From sequence record ON529850.1: a stretch of DNA of 64,000 bases. One strand, given 5' to 3'. The translations under genes and the position numbers were made by a program. The notes beneath the pieces are model-generated. The model did no database searches and was not told where the DNA came from. It saw nothing but the letters and a program-made list of their open reading frames with translations. Below, piece after piece: positions 37,736 through 48,152 of the stretch. How positions within the stretch are numbered: the stretch's first letter is position 1; every line of letters starts with the position of its first letter.

Positions 37736-38509
37736 TCAGTCCGGGTCGCCGTAACGCTCGCCGCAGCGGCCGCAAGTCGTGTCGCGGTGCAGGCGGCCCG
37801 GTTCGCCGATCCAGTCGTGCAGGCCCGCCTGACAGTCGGCGTCGAAGGCGATGGGCGTCAGTTCGTCGGCGAAGGCGTCTTCCTCCTCGCCGCCCGGCAG
37901 GCGGACCCGATACATGACGCCGACTTCGGGGTCGCACTCGTCATCACCCAAAGGACGCACGATCTCGACGCGGGTTCCGGGGGCGACCGTCGCATCCGAA
38001 GCGGTCGAGGCGAACAGGGCGATCTCGTCGCGCATGAACACATCCGCCGTAATGCTGTCGGTCACGCTGTATGCCCCGTTGAACAGGCGGACTGGATCAA
38101 TCATCATATGACCCGACCCCAGGAAAGCCTCGGCGGCTTCAACCGTGGCGAAGCGGGCGACGAAGGTTTCCGCCTCGCCGGGCGTCGGCTCGGGGTTCTG
38201 GAGCGTCACCAGCACCGGCAGGGCGGACAGACGCGGCGGTTCTTCATAGTCTGCGCTCAGGTCCAGCCCCATCATGGCCTCGGCGGTCGAATCTTCGATC
38301 TCGCAACCGGCCAGCGAACCGGGGTCCAGCAGGTGGCGCAGACAACCCGTCACAATGGGGGCGGCGCGCGTTCCCAGGAAGTCCTCATATTCGCCCGGCT
38401 CGGCGTTGGGGCTGGCGTCGAGATAGGCCGCCACGGCGGCGGCGTGAAGGGCGCGCGGATCATGGACCGTCAGGCTGATCGTCACGTCGTAGGGGATGCG
38501 TCTGGTCAT
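37736..38509 (-). CDS. Cassette multidomain hypothetical protein
   Basis: Conserved leader. Confidence 0.75.
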   Translation of the reverse strand: MTRRIPYDVTISLTVHDPRALHAAAVAAYLDASPNAEPGEYEDFLGTRAAPIVTGCLRHLLDPGSLAGCEIEDSTAEAMMGLDLSADYEEPPRLSALPVLVTLQNPEPTPGEAETFVARFATVEAAEAFLGSGHMMIDPVRLFNGAYSVTDSITADVFMRDEIALFASTASDATVAPGTRVEIVRPLGDDECDPEVGVMYRVRLPGGEEEDAFADELTPIAFDADCQAGLHDWIGEPGRLHRDTTCGRCGERYGDPD

Positions 38510-38687
38510 GGGGTGTCTCCCGTTGCTGTTGGGTCCGTTCTAGGGCGTCCGCTGTGCGGTGTCAACGTCTTTTTATTAGAAAAGTCAGGCCGGTTCCGTT
38601 AAGGTTAATGCGAGCCGGTCGCAAAGAAAACGCCCGGCCGGGGGAGACAATCCCGGCCGGGCGTGGGGCTGACGGGGAGACAGGCCG

Positions 38688-39332
38688 TCAGCTTGCGGGG
38701 GCGGAACCGTCCCAGCCTTCCGGCTCCTTGAACGGATCGTGGGTCTCCAGGGCGCGGACCTGGGCGACGGCCTCGTCTTCGGTGATCTCGTCCGCGTTCA
38801 GACGGGCGCAGATCGCTTCGATCTCGGCCTGGGCGTGGTCGGTGACGACGGCGGCCTGCACGAAGTCGTCTTGCGGCTCGCCGTCCGCGTCGAGGCGGTA
38901 GAGGCCGACGTGTTCGTTATCGTCGGTGCAGACGTGCCAGTCGTAGCGCAGGCGGGCGGGCAGTTCGGCCTCAGCCTCCTCCGTCCACGATTCCAACGCA
39001 TTGACGGCGCCGGCGAGGTCGCCGCTCGACCAGTTGTCGATGACCGTGCGGGCGGCGACGGCGCCCTCGCTGACCAGATTCAGCAGGTGAGCCGCCTGGG
39101 CGGTGGTCAGGACGACCAGCTTCTCGCCCCGGCCCATCGCCGCCTCGATCAGTTCGGCGGCGGACGTATCGGCCGCAGGCTCGGGCGGCAGAGCCTTCAA
39201 GGCCGTCTGCACGTCGTTATACAGCTCTTCGTAGTCGTCCAGCTCGGGCGGCGTTTGGTTCTCGCGCATGGCGTTGTCGCGCGCATTGGTGGTGAGCCGC
39301 AAGGACAGCATGGCGTAATAGAGCGGGTTCAT
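38688..39332 (-). CDS. Cassette hypothetical protein (acidic)
   Basis: Conserved leader. Confidence 0.75.
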   Translation of the reverse strand: MNPLYYAMLSLRLTTNARDNAMRENQTPPELDDYEELYNDVQTALKALPPEPAADTSAAELIEAAMGRGEKLVVLTTAQAAHLLNLVSEGAVAARTVIDNWSSGDLAGAVNALESWTEEAEAELPARLRYDWHVCTDDNEHVGLYRLDADGEPQDDFVQAAVVTDHAQAEIEAICARLNADEITEDEAVAQVRALETHDPFKEPEGWDGSAPAS

Positions 39333-39479
39333 CGGGCGTCTCCGTGTTGTGATGACCCCTTGTAGGCCGGGCGGCGTCAGGTGTCAACTACTTTTTATTA
39401 GAAATATTCCGCCAGGGTTGTTAACCTTAACGCAAGAAGTTCGCAAAACGCCCGGCTTGAGGCCGGGCGCTCGCATGGG

Positions 39480-40229
39480 CTATCGCTTGAGCGGCGGCAG
39501 GGCGTCGAGGTCCAGGATCGGCGCCTCTCCGGGCAGGATCGCCTTGGCGGCCTGTAGGATCGATTCCATCATGGTCTGGGTCGCGGCGCCGTCGCGCAGA
39601 CGGCCGGCGATATGGGTCGCGTTGACGGTCTCGGCGTTGACGCCCGTCGGCGCCAGGATGGCTTGAAGACACGCTTGCATCGCCGCCTGGGCGGCGCGGT
39701 GCGCCTCCTTCGTCGCCTGATGCAGGGAGGCGGCGTAATCCCCCTCCCCGTCGTCCGCCATCTGCGTGAGGCTATCCGCCGCCTTCAGCTTGCACACCGC
39801 TTCATGGGCGGTGACGGCGACCGCGTTGGGATATTCCCCCGCCTCTCTGGCGTAGAGGTTGAGAAGATTCGCCGCCTCTTCAGCATCTGCGACATAGACG
39901 GCGCCCGCCTCCGACCAGTTGTTCGCCAGCACCGCCAGGGCGGCCTGGGCGGCGTAGTGTCCCAGAGAGCCGCCGCTTTCGAGGTCTTCAAGCTGGCGGC
40001 ACAGGCGCAGGGTCAGCGGGTCGGTGTTCTGCGCCAGCGACAGCGTCAGGAACTCCGGCTGGACCTGAAACTCCGTGACGGACCCGTCGTCGTCTTCGTG
40101 CGTCAGGCCCTCGGCGTCCATGTAATGCGACACGGCGAACTCCAGCGAGCGGCGGATGTGGGCGGGGTTCACCGCCCCGCCTTCGACTTGCAGGCTGACG
40201 ATGTAGTTGATGGTGACGGGTGCGGTCAT
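39480..40229 (-). CDS. Cassette hypothetical protein
   Basis: Conserved leader. Confidence 0.75.
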   Translation of the reverse strand: MTAPVTINYIVSLQVEGGAVNPAHIRRSLEFAVSHYMDAEGLTHEDDDGSVTEFQVQPEFLTLSLAQNTDPLTLRLCRQLEDLESGGSLGHYAAQAALAVLANNWSEAGAVYVADAEEAANLLNLYAREAGEYPNAVAVTAHEAVCKLKAADSLTQMADDGEGDYAASLHQATKEAHRAAQAAMQACLQAILAPTGVNAETVNATHIAGRLRDGAATQTMMESILQAAKAILPGEAPILDLDALPPLKR

Positions 40230-40365
40230 CGGGTGTCTCCGGTGGTTGATGTGCCTCCCTTCTAGGCCGGGCGGACGCGGGTGTCAACCCCTTTTCTGTA
40301 GGAATATTCCTGTTAAGGTTAACGCGAGCGGGTCGCAAAACGCCCGGCCGAAGCCGGGCGCTGCG

Positions 40366-41325
40366 TCAGGCGGAAACGCGGGAGAAGTCGGGACTGTCGC
40401 CGTCCTGCACCGTCAGTTCGATCCATGACATCCGCTCCATGTAGCGTTTGACCGAACCGGACGGCAGGCTGTTGAGAATGTAGGTCATCGCGAGGCGTTT
40501 ACCGGCCTCGCTGGCGCGGGCGCTGATCTGGGTGCAGTAGGAGGAATCCTCCACATAGGCCCAGCCGTCCGGCCCCCGGCGTTCGATGGACACGCGCATC
40601 AAGGGTTCGTCGCCCGGATCGGTCGGGTCGTAATCCCCCTGGAAGCCTTCGCCGATGTATTCCAGAATCACGGCGTCGTCGCCGTTTTCCTCCCGAAGGT
40701 CGGGCGCGTCGATCTGCGCCGTTGTCTCGGGGAGGTCCGGCAGAAACTCCGAGGCGGCGACCGCCCAATCTTCCAGAATGGTCGAAGCCTCGACCATGGA
40801 TGTTCCCGCCTGCCGGGCGTCGGTCAGCTTCTGGATCGTCTCGACCGCCGCTTCCACCGCCGACAGGAGCGGGCGCGTCAGCGGGTCCGTCACCAGGGCG
40901 TCGGCCGCGTCGTCGTGCGACAGGCGCCGGACCGGTTCGGCCTCGCCGGCGCGGTAGAGATAGACCGCGCGGCCCTTGTGGCCGAAGCCATGGGCGTTCC
41001 ACAGCCCGCCGAAGGTGAAGTCGGCGGCGGCGCGGTCGCCGTAGATCAGTTGGTCGGTCACAAGAGCGCCGTCCGCCTCGACCACGATGATGCGGTGCGA
41101 CGGCAGGGTGACGGGTTGCAGCTCGAACTCATATTCGATGTCTTCGTCGCCGATCCATTGGCTGATGGCGCCGGCGTCCGTCACGTCCTCGGGCAGGCCG
41201 TAGCCGTCCAGTTCCCGGCGCACGTCGGCCAGGGCGGCGGCTTCGGACGGGAAGAACTCGGCGCCCATGCCGTATTTGTTGCGGGTGATGAGCAGGACGG
41301 GCGTGGTGGTCTTGGGCGGGGTCAT
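40366..41325 (-). CDS. Cassette hypothetical protein (acidic)
   Basis: Conserved leader. Confidence 0.78.
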   Translation of the reverse strand: MTPPKTTTPVLLITRNKYGMGAEFFPSEAAALADVRRELDGYGLPEDVTDAGAISQWIGDEDIEYEFELQPVTLPSHRIIVVEADGALVTDQLIYGDRAAADFTFGGLWNAHGFGHKGRAVYLYRAGEAEPVRRLSHDDAADALVTDPLTRPLLSAVEAAVETIQKLTDARQAGTSMVEASTILEDWAVAASEFLPDLPETTAQIDAPDLREENGDDAVILEYIGEGFQGDYDPTDPGDEPLMRVSIERRGPDGWAYVEDSSYCTQISARASEAGKRLAMTYILNSLPSGSVKRYMERMSWIELTVQDGDSPDFSRVSA

Positions 41326-41463
41326 CGGGCGTCTCCGGTGGTTGATGTGTCTCCCTTCTAGGCCGGGCGGATGCAGGTGTCAACTTCTTTTTTGTAGAAA
41401 TATTCCTGTTAAGGTTAACGCGAGCGGGTCGCAGAAAGGCCGGGATCGCTCCCGGCCTTCGCC

Positions 41464-42162
41464 TCAGCCTTGCGCGGCGGCCTTGATGTTGTGTTCCAGC
41501 AGGCGCGTCGTCATCGTCTGCATCAGGTCGGCGCGGTGCGTCAGCCATTGGTGCGCGCGGGCCAGCGCCTGATCCAGCGGCAGACGCGGGACCAGACCGG
41601 ACGGGAAACAGCCGGACAGCCCTTCGAGAATCCGCAGGGGCGGCACCTGCCCCGCCGCCAGATAGGCGCCGGCGATGTGATCCGACATATCCATGCCGCC
41701 CCCGGTCAGGGCGAATTCATAGGTGGTTTCTTCATAGGGATCGTCCGAGCGTTCGATCAGGACGATGGCGAGGCCCCAGGTGTTGAGGCGTTGGGCGATG
41801 TCGTAGAGTTCATCCGACGACGTATAACGCAGGTCCACAGGCCAGGCGTAGTTCATCATCGGGTCGAAGCTGTCGCGCCATTCGTCATAGCCGTCGGTCT
41901 GCTCGAACGCCTCGATCAGGTCTTCCCCGGCGATTTCCGTGCCGTCGCTGGCGGCGTCGTCATAGCGGGCGCGTTCCTCGGGGTGATCCTCCCACAGGTC
42001 TTCGGCGTATTGGTTGATGTCGTCCAGGGTCGGCTTGGGGCGCACGACGTCCCATTTGTCCGGGTAGCCTTCGGTCCAGTCGCGATTGATCGGCTGCGTC
42101 ATGATCGAGGCGAGCGAGAAGCTGTTGTCGGGGCCGTAGGGCAGGGGGAAGGGTTTCGTCAT
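41464..42162 (-). CDS. Cassette hypothetical protein (very acidic, start MTKPFPL)
   Basis: Conserved leader; ALTGGGMDMS motif. Confidence 0.78.
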   Translation of the reverse strand: MTKPFPLPYGPDNSFSLASIMTQPINRDWTEGYPDKWDVVRPKPTLDDINQYAEDLWEDHPEERARYDDAASDGTEIAGEDLIEAFEQTDGYDEWRDSFDPMMNYAWPVDLRYTSSDELYDIAQRLNTWGLAIVLIERSDDPYEETTYEFALTGGGMDMSDHIAGAYLAAGQVPPLRILEGLSGCFPSGLVPRLPLDQALARAHQWLTHRADLMQTMTTRLLEHNIKAAAQG

Positions 42163-42280
42163 CGGGTGTCTCCGGTGTTGGTGTTCCTCCCTTCTAGGCC
42201 GGACGGCATATGGTGTCAACAGTTTTTCTTTAGAAAACTTCTTGTTAAGGTTAATGCGGGCGGTTCGCAGAAAAGCCGGG

Positions 42281-42388
42281 TCAAGCGACCCGGCTCCAGA
42301 CCTGCTGCGCCAGCATGAAGAGATAGTAGAGGATGACACCCGCCAGCATCAGCAGGGCCATCCCCAGGCGCGGCGCCCGCGCGGTCAT
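42281..42388 (-). CDS. 35-aa single-TM peptide (not in track)
   Basis: MTARAPRLGMALLMLAGVILYYLFMLAQQVWSRVA; 4-bp overlap with upstream gene. Confidence 0.5.
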   Translation of the reverse strand: MTARAPRLGMALLMLAGVILYYLFMLAQQVWSRVA

Positions 42389-43200
42389 GCGTCGGGGGCG
42401 TGGCGGGGATAGACCTTCACCACTTCCCGGAAGCCTGCCGCATCCTCGGCGGCCTTAGCCTCCACGATGATCGCCCGGCGATGGCCCGGCTCGGCGCGGA
42501 TCGCTTCAAGGCTGCTGTAGAGGGTCGCGGCCTTGTCCTTGATCTTGGCGATATTGCCGTCGCCGTAGCTGAACAAGAAGACGGTGGTGTCCGCCACCGC
42601 CGCCGCGAACGCCTCGGGGGTGACGCCGCGTTCACGCATCGCGTCTTCTTCCTCGTCCGCTTCGTCTTCGTCGTCGTCTTCCGACGCCAGCAGACCGTCA
42701 TAGGCCAGAAGGTCGGCAATCGCCTCGTTGCCGCGCTCCGACAGAATGTCGTCCAGGCGGCGGCGGTTGTTGACCAGCCATTCGGCGGCTTCCTCTTCGG
42801 TGCCATCGAAACGGTCGATCACGTCTTCGGCGGTGAAGACGGTCGGGGCGGCGCCGGCGAGGCGGATGGCCTCGGTCAGGTCATAGACGCTGATCGCAAC
42901 GTCGATGGCGTAGATGTGGCCGTTGAAGCCGATGCGCTCTTCGGCGAACAGCACGATCTCGACGTCGGACAGGTCGTCCAGGGTCTTGATCTCGTCCAGC
43001 GGCTTTTGCGTGGCGATACCGTAGTCTTCCAGGCCGCTTTGCAGCGACGGGGCGTCGGTGTAGCGTCCGGCCATCCACTCGCGCGCCATCTGCGCCTTGG
43101 CGTCTTCGGCCTCCGCCTCGGTGCCGTAGGGGGCGCCGTCCGGCTCGTAGCCGTTGGCGGTGACGGCCAGTTGATAGAGTTTGATTTTCGCGGTCTTCAT
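42385..43200 (-). CDS. Cassette hypothetical protein (acidic, start MKTAKIK)
   Basis: Conserved leader. Confidence 0.75.
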   Translation of the reverse strand: MKTAKIKLYQLAVTANGYEPDGAPYGTEAEAEDAKAQMAREWMAGRYTDAPSLQSGLEDYGIATQKPLDEIKTLDDLSDVEIVLFAEERIGFNGHIYAIDVAISVYDLTEAIRLAGAAPTVFTAEDVIDRFDGTEEEAAEWLVNNRRRLDDILSERGNEAIADLLAYDGLLASEDDDEDEADEEEDAMRERGVTPEAFAAAVADTTVFLFSYGDGNIAKIKDKAATLYSSLEAIRAEPGHRRAIIVEAKAAEDAAGFREVVKVYPRHAPDA

Positions 43201-43338
43201 GGGGTGTCTCCGGTGTTGCGGTGATCCCCTTCTAGGCCGGGCGCGATGGGGTGTCAACCTCTTTTCTGTAGAAATATTTCCGTTAAGGTTAACGCGAGCG
43301 GATCGCAAAACGCCCGGCCGAAGCCGGGCGTCGGGGGT

Positions 43339-43800
43339 TCATCCGCAATAGGTCAGGCTGTCCTCATAGGCCGCGACCCACGCCTTTTCGGCGGACGGAT
43401 ACTCGCAATCGGCGCTGTCGTCGTCGTTGCCGTCCGGGTCGTTGAAGACGTAGAAGACGTGAACGCCGACCGTTTTGCGGTTGACCGTATAGCCCGCGTC
43501 GCGGGCGATCTCGACCTTTTCCGCATAGGTGAGGGATTCTTCCTCCTCCTCGCGGTCGTCGATCAGGGATTCGACCTCGCGCAGGCCGTTGGCCCAGGCG
43601 GTGACGGCTTCGACGTTATCCCCCAGGACATGAACGCCCTGGCCCCACTGTTGATAGGAGCCTTCATAGTAGGAGGCGAAGACGCGCAGGTCGTCCCCCT
43701 GCCGGTCGCGGCGGATGAAGACGATGTCGGCGCCCTTGCCGACGCCTTCGGCCAGCTCTTCGACGGTCGGGGCGCGAAACTCGATCAGCTTGGTGGTCAT
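43339..43800 (-). CDS. Cassette hypothetical protein (start MTTKLIE)
   Basis: Conserved leader. Confidence 0.75.
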   Translation of the reverse strand: MTTKLIEFRAPTVEELAEGVGKGADIVFIRRDRQGDDLRVFASYYEGSYQQWGQGVHVLGDNVEAVTAWANGLREVESLIDDREEEEESLTYAEKVEIARDAGYTVNRKTVGVHVFYVFNDPDGNDDDSADCEYPSAEKAWVAAYEDSLTYCG

Positions 43801-43935
43801 GGGGTGTCTCCCGTTGTTGGTCATCCCCTTCTAGGCCAGGTGCGGTGGTGTGTCAACCTCTTTTCTGTGGTTATTTACTCGTTAAGGTTAACGTGAGGGA
43901 TTCGCAAAAAGCCGGGAGCAATCCCGGCCTTCGCG

Positions 43936-44607
43936 TCAGAACGACTTGGCGACGTAGAAGCCATGTTCGGGCGGGACCGTCACCGTGACGGCGCCGAACT
44001 CGACTTCGACCGCGCCGCCTTCGGGCAGGGTTTGGACGCCGGTGACTTCGGCCAGTTCGCCCGCGAACAGTTCGGCGGCGGTCTCGACTTCAGCGTCGGG
44101 GGTGTCCAGCCGGGCGGCGTAAACGTCGTGTTCCAGGTCGATGCGCATTCCCGGCGTCAGGTCGCGCGCCGGGACCGGCACGAGGCCGCTCTCCACGCCC
44201 TCGCACAGGTCCAGCAGGCTTTCACCCATGCGCACCAGTTCCGCCACGGTGGCGATGTTGGCGCGGTCTTCGCCTTCGATGTTCGACACCCCGTCCAGAT
44301 TGGCGAGAACGGACGCGACCAGCCAGACGGGGCCGTCCTCGGGCGACAGCGACGCCAGGGCGGCGGCCTTGGGGTCGCCGGCGACGCCGTTGGGGCCGTA
44401 GCTGCGGCTGTTGGCGTAGTCGTCGTCGCCCGTCTCGTCCACCAGATAGCCGACGATCTCCTCGGCGTCTTCGGCGGCCTTGGACGCCAGGGCGGCGGCG
44501 CCGTCGAATTGGGCGGTCGCCTTGGCGATGGCCTCTTCATGCGAGGCGGCGGTCACTTCGACCGCGACGCGGGCGGTGAAATAGACGGTCACGCGATGGG
44601 TGTTCAT
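43936..44607 (-). CDS. Cassette hypothetical protein (start MNTHRVT)
   Basis: Conserved leader; VTAASHEEA motif. Confidence 0.75.
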   Translation of the reverse strand: MNTHRVTVYFTARVAVEVTAASHEEAIAKATAQFDGAAALASKAAEDAEEIVGYLVDETGDDDYANSRSYGPNGVAGDPKAAALASLSPEDGPVWLVASVLANLDGVSNIEGEDRANIATVAELVRMGESLLDLCEGVESGLVPVPARDLTPGMRIDLEHDVYAARLDTPDAEVETAAELFAGELAEVTGVQTLPEGGAVEVEFGAVTVTVPPEHGFYVAKSF

Positions 44608-44745
44608 GGGCTGTCTCCCGTTGTTGGTCATCCCCTTCTAGGCCGGGCGGTTCAGGGTGTCAACCTCTTTTCTACAGTTATTTCTCTGTTAAGGTTAACG
44701 CGAGCGGATCGCAGAACGCCCCGGCCGGAGCCGGGGCGCGCGTCT

Positions 44746-45060
44746 TCAGTAAGGCTCGGCGTTCCTGACGAAAATCACCGCCGAGGGCGAACCGTCCTCG
44801 TCCTCTTCGTCAGCGTCCATCATGTCGATCAGGTCGCGGGTGTCCTTGGCGTTCTGACGGTGCTGCTCCGCCACCTTGTCCCAGTTGCGGCTCGGGTCGG
44901 CCTCGTGGGCGGCGTCGAACTGGGCGGCGTAATCGTCGTAACGTCCAGCGGCGATCACCAGAGCGTGGCGCATGGTGTTCCGCTGCTTATCCACGAGGCG
45001 GTGGTGGGCGCCCTTGGCGATGATCAGATCGCCGCGCGAAAAGGTGATGGGGTCTTGCAT
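44746..45060 (-). CDS. Cassette hypothetical protein
   Basis: Conserved leader. Confidence 0.75.
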   Translation of the reverse strand: MQDPITFSRGDLIIAKGAHHRLVDKQRNTMRHALVIAAGRYDDYAAQFDAAHEADPSRNWDKVAEQHRQNAKDTRDLIDMMDADEEDEDGSPSAVIFVRNAEPY

Positions 45061-45111
45061 GGGTGTCTCCCGTTGGTGATGCCCCGGTTATAGGCCGGGG
45101 CTGCGGGAGTG

Positions 45112-45438
45112 TCAACCACTCTTTTGCAGTTTTTCCTGTTCGTTGTAATAGGTCAGCAGGGCCGCCGCATCCAAGGCGTTGCGGCGCGCGCCCTCGTCGT
45201 AGTTACGCGACCACGACAGGCTGAACAGTTGGGAAACCAGTTGCTCCAGCGAGCCGTCCGCCGCCGGCGCCGGGCCGCCCTCATGAGCGCGCAGGACCGC
45301 TTCGGCTTCGGCCTGAACCGCTTCGGCGCGGGCCACGGCGTCGCAGTCGCGGGACCAGCCTGCATCCAGCGTCAGGGTCGCGGTCACATCGTTCAGCGCC
45401 TGCGACAGGGCGCGAATCAGGGGCAGGGCGTCCTGCAT
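45112..45438 (-). CDS. Cassette hypothetical protein
   Basis: GGAGGA RBS; second gene of cassette. Confidence 0.6.
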   Translation of the reverse strand: MQDALPLIRALSQALNDVTATLTLDAGWSRDCDAVARAEAVQAEAEAVLRAHEGGPAPAADGSLEQLVSQLFSLSWSRNYDEGARRNALDAAALLTYYNEQEKLQKSG

Positions 45439-45440
45439 GG

Positions 45441-45800
45441 TCAGTCCTCCTGCCCGACTTCGGCGGCCTCGTTGGGGAAGGCGTCTTCCAGCGCCGCGAC
45501 CAGAACCGGGTCACGGCCGCCGCGAATCACGCGCTTGATCGCAGCCGATTCGTCCTCACTCGGGCCTTCGCCGCCCGTCATGCCGAAGCGCACATTCCAC
45601 GCATCGGCGATCTCTTGGGCGCCGGCGCGGGTCTCGTCCATCCCGTCCAGGGTGTAGTCGAAGGCCGACTCCAGGTGCTGGCCCTTGATCCAGAAGGCGG
45701 TGGCGGCCTCGTCGGTGGTGTCGTCCCAGCCGCCGTCCGGGCCGTTCGGCTCATGGGTCGGCTGGACATAGTAGAAGAAGAAGGCTCGGCGCGGCATCAT
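45441..45800 (-). CDS. Cassette hypothetical protein (acidic)
   Basis: Conserved leader. Confidence 0.72.
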   Translation of the reverse strand: MMPRRAFFFYYVQPTHEPNGPDGGWDDTTDEAATAFWIKGQHLESAFDYTLDGMDETRAGAQEIADAWNVRFGMTGGEGPSEDESAAIKRVIRGGRDPVLVAALEDAFPNEAAEVGQED

Positions 45801-45952
45801 GGCGGGTGTCTCCGGTTGCGTTGACCCCTTCTAGGCCGGGCGGGCGCAAGTGTCAACCACTTTTTATTAGTTATTTCGGAGTTAAGGTTAACGCGAGCCG
45901 GTCGCGAAGAAAACGCCCGGCCGGGGGAGACAGGCCCGGCCGGGCGTCGGGG

Positions 45953-46264
45953 TCAGCCCGCGTCGCGAAGGGCGCGCGGGCCGGTGTAGTCGGGCAGGTA
46001 GTCGGCGAAACCGTAGGCCTCGGCGACCCGGCGGGTCTTCTCGTAGCCGCGCCATTGATCGCCGCCCTCGAAGTCGTTGGCCTCGGCGCAGGCGGCGCTC
46101 AGGCGCTGTTCCAGGTAGCCTTGCGCCAGCATCCCCAGCAAGGCGACGGACACCGTCACCTCGCGGGCGCCCGCGCCGATGGCGCGCGCCGCGTCGTCTT
46201 TCAACGTGTCGTAAGCATGGTCGGCGTCTTGCGGGTTGGGCAGGTCTTGCAGCAGGATTTTCAT
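45953..46264 (-). CDS. Cassette hypothetical protein
   Basis: AAAGGA RBS, terminator downstream. Confidence 0.65.
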   Translation of the reverse strand: MKILLQDLPNPQDADHAYDTLKDDAARAIGAGAREVTVSVALLGMLAQGYLEQRLSAACAEANDFEGGDQWRGYEKTRRVAEAYGFADYLPDYTGPRALRDAG

Positions 46265-46330
46265 GACGGTCCTTTCAGGCGGACAGAATGCAGAAGGTGA
46301 CGAAATAGAACCACAGGCGGGCGGGCAGAC

Positions 46331-46693
46331 TCACGCGGGCGGACCCATCCGGCTATCGACCCACGCGGCGCCCCATTTGAGGACGCGCAGCCGGTCGGCC
46401 AGGGTGTTGACCGCCAAGGCGCGAGCGGCGCGCAAGTCCCCACGCGCGGCGCGTCCGACGAGATGCAGGATCACATAATCGTCACCCGCAAAACGGCCCA
46501 TATCGTCCACACGCTCGATCCCCACGCTCAAGGCCTCTTCAAGGATCAGGTCGGGGCCGTTCGGCGTGGTTGAGGTGAGATTGAACACGCCCCAGCCCTC
46601 GCCCATGTTGGTCTGATTGTCGATCTCGATGCTCGGCGCCAGCGCGCTCATTTCCTGGACGATCTGAGCGATTAGAATAGCGGTCGGGTCCAT
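46331..46693 (-). CDS. Cassette hypothetical protein
   Basis: Coupled run; GEGWGVFN motif. Confidence 0.65.
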   Translation of the reverse strand: MDPTAILIAQIVQEMSALAPSIEIDNQTNMGEGWGVFNLTSTTPNGPDLILEEALSVGIERVDDMGRFAGDDYVILHLVGRAARGDLRAARALAVNTLADRLRVLKWGAAWVDSRMGPPA

Positions 46694-46694
46694 G

Positions 46695-47060
46695 TCAGTC
46701 CTCCCCCAGGGCGGCGTCGAACAGGTCGGACGAATCCTCGCCCGAAAACTCGATCAGGGTCTCAAGGCGGATCGTCTGGATCACCACGGGGCGACCGTCG
46801 TCGGTGGTGGTCGATTCCTCGTTCCACGTCCGCAGGATCAGACGCACGTCGTCCAGCGTCTGGAAGTCGCCGAAGCTGATCGCGTCGGGGCGGGCATACA
46901 CCATCTGGTGAACCTGCGGGCGGCGCAACAGGGCGGCGCGCAGGGCCTCGGCCTCGTGCAGGGCCAGCGGCTCCGCCAGCATGCGGGACTGGCGGCTGGC
47001 GGATTTGAAGCCGCCCCAGGCGTCGCCGACGACTTCGATGATCAGGGTTCCGTGCGACAT
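46695..47060 (-). CDS. Cassette hypothetical protein
   Basis: Coupled run. Confidence 0.65.
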   Translation of the reverse strand: MSHGTLIIEVVGDAWGGFKSASRQSRMLAEPLALHEAEALRAALLRRPQVHQMVYARPDAISFGDFQTLDDVRLILRTWNEESTTTDDGRPVVIQTIRLETLIEFSGEDSSDLFDAALGED

Positions 47061-47257
47061 CAGCGCACCGCCTTGGCGCGGATGGACTTTTCGGTCACTT
47101 CCTGCTGCCAGTCGGCCGGATTATACGACAGATAATTGGCCTGATCATTGATCAGGGTGCGCACCTCGCGGCGGGCCTGCGCGGCGGTCATCCAGGCGGG
47201 GACCGTGACCTTCACGGTCATGTTCAGTTCCTTGCGGCGTTTGATCGGCTTGGGCAT
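47060..47257 (-). CDS. Cassette hypothetical protein
   Basis: Conserved leader; AREVRTLIN motif. Confidence 0.72.
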   Translation of the reverse strand: MPKPIKRRKELNMTVKVTVPAWMTAAQARREVRTLINDQANYLSYNPADWQQEVTEKSIRAKAVR

Positions 47258-47299
47258 GGGGTGTCTCCCGTTGTTCGTTGGGTCCGGTATAGGCCGGGA

Positions 47300-47638
47300 T
47301 CAGGCGGGTGTCAACTCCTCTTTTATAAGATTTTTGGCCGCCTGCGCCAGGGCGGTGAAGCCCGCCTCCCGCAGCGTCGCGTAGAGATGCCCGTGCAGAT
47401 AGCGCAGGGTGGCGCGGCCGCGCATGACCGTACGCACCACGCCGACAGGCTCGCCCTTGCGGCTGCGGATGATGACGATGACCGTCGTCTTTTCCGACGC
47501 ATAGGGTCCGGGCTGATCCGACGTCTCGACCTGATACAGCACCTCGGCGCGCTGACGCGGCGATTCGAGGGTCAGGGCCTGAAGGGCGCCCTTCATCAGG
47601 GTGTCGCCGTAGCGGTAGGTCATGCGGGCGCGAGCCAT
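47300..47638 (-). CDS. Cassette hypothetical protein (start MARARMT)
   Basis: Conserved leader; reads into the next promoter. Confidence 0.65.
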   Translation of the reverse strand: MARARMTYRYGDTLMKGALQALTLESPRQRAEVLYQVETSDQPGPYASEKTTVIVIIRSRKGEPVGVVRTVMRGRATLRYLHGHLYATLREAGFTALAQAAKNLIKEELTPA

Positions 47639-47794
47639 AGGGTGTCTCCGGTGTTGCGTTGAACCCCTTCTAGGCCGGGCGGCGTGGAGTGTCAACCTCT
47701 TTTTCGTAGTTATTTTCTGTTAAGGTTAACGCGAGGCGGTCGCGTGAAAAGCGCCCGGCCGGGGGAGACAAGCCCGGCCGGGCGCGGCGGCGTC

Positions 47795-48148
47795 TCAGGC
47801 GTTGAGATCGCCGTATTCGGTCCCGCATTGCAGGATTTCGCCGGTGTCCTTGGCGAAATGGATTTGGTTGAGCCGCAGGAGCCCGCCGGTGCGCGGATGG
47901 GGCCACTCGACCTGACAGGTCAGCATATCGTCGAAGATGACCTGCGGGGCGCCGTATTGCGACCAGTCGATGCCGCCGCGCGCGTCAATCTCGCCCTTGG
48001 CGTCGGAGACGATGCGATCCAGCACCGTCCGGGCGATCCGGCCCGGCGCGCTCTTGATCCCATAGGCGCCGCGCCCGTTGTTGGCGAAGCTGTTCCAGTT
48101 GCTTTCGTCTTGAGTGTAGTTCTCGACGTCGATCTGTTCGTCCGTCAT
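47795..48148 (-). CDS. Cassette hypothetical protein
   Basis: GGAG RBS; second gene of cassette. Confidence 0.65.
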   Translation of the reverse strand: MTDEQIDVENYTQDESNWNSFANNGRGAYGIKSAPGRIARTVLDRIVSDAKGEIDARGGIDWSQYGAPQVIFDDMLTCQVEWPHPRTGGLLRLNQIHFAKDTGEILQCGTEYGDLNA

Positions 48149-48152
48149 CGCC

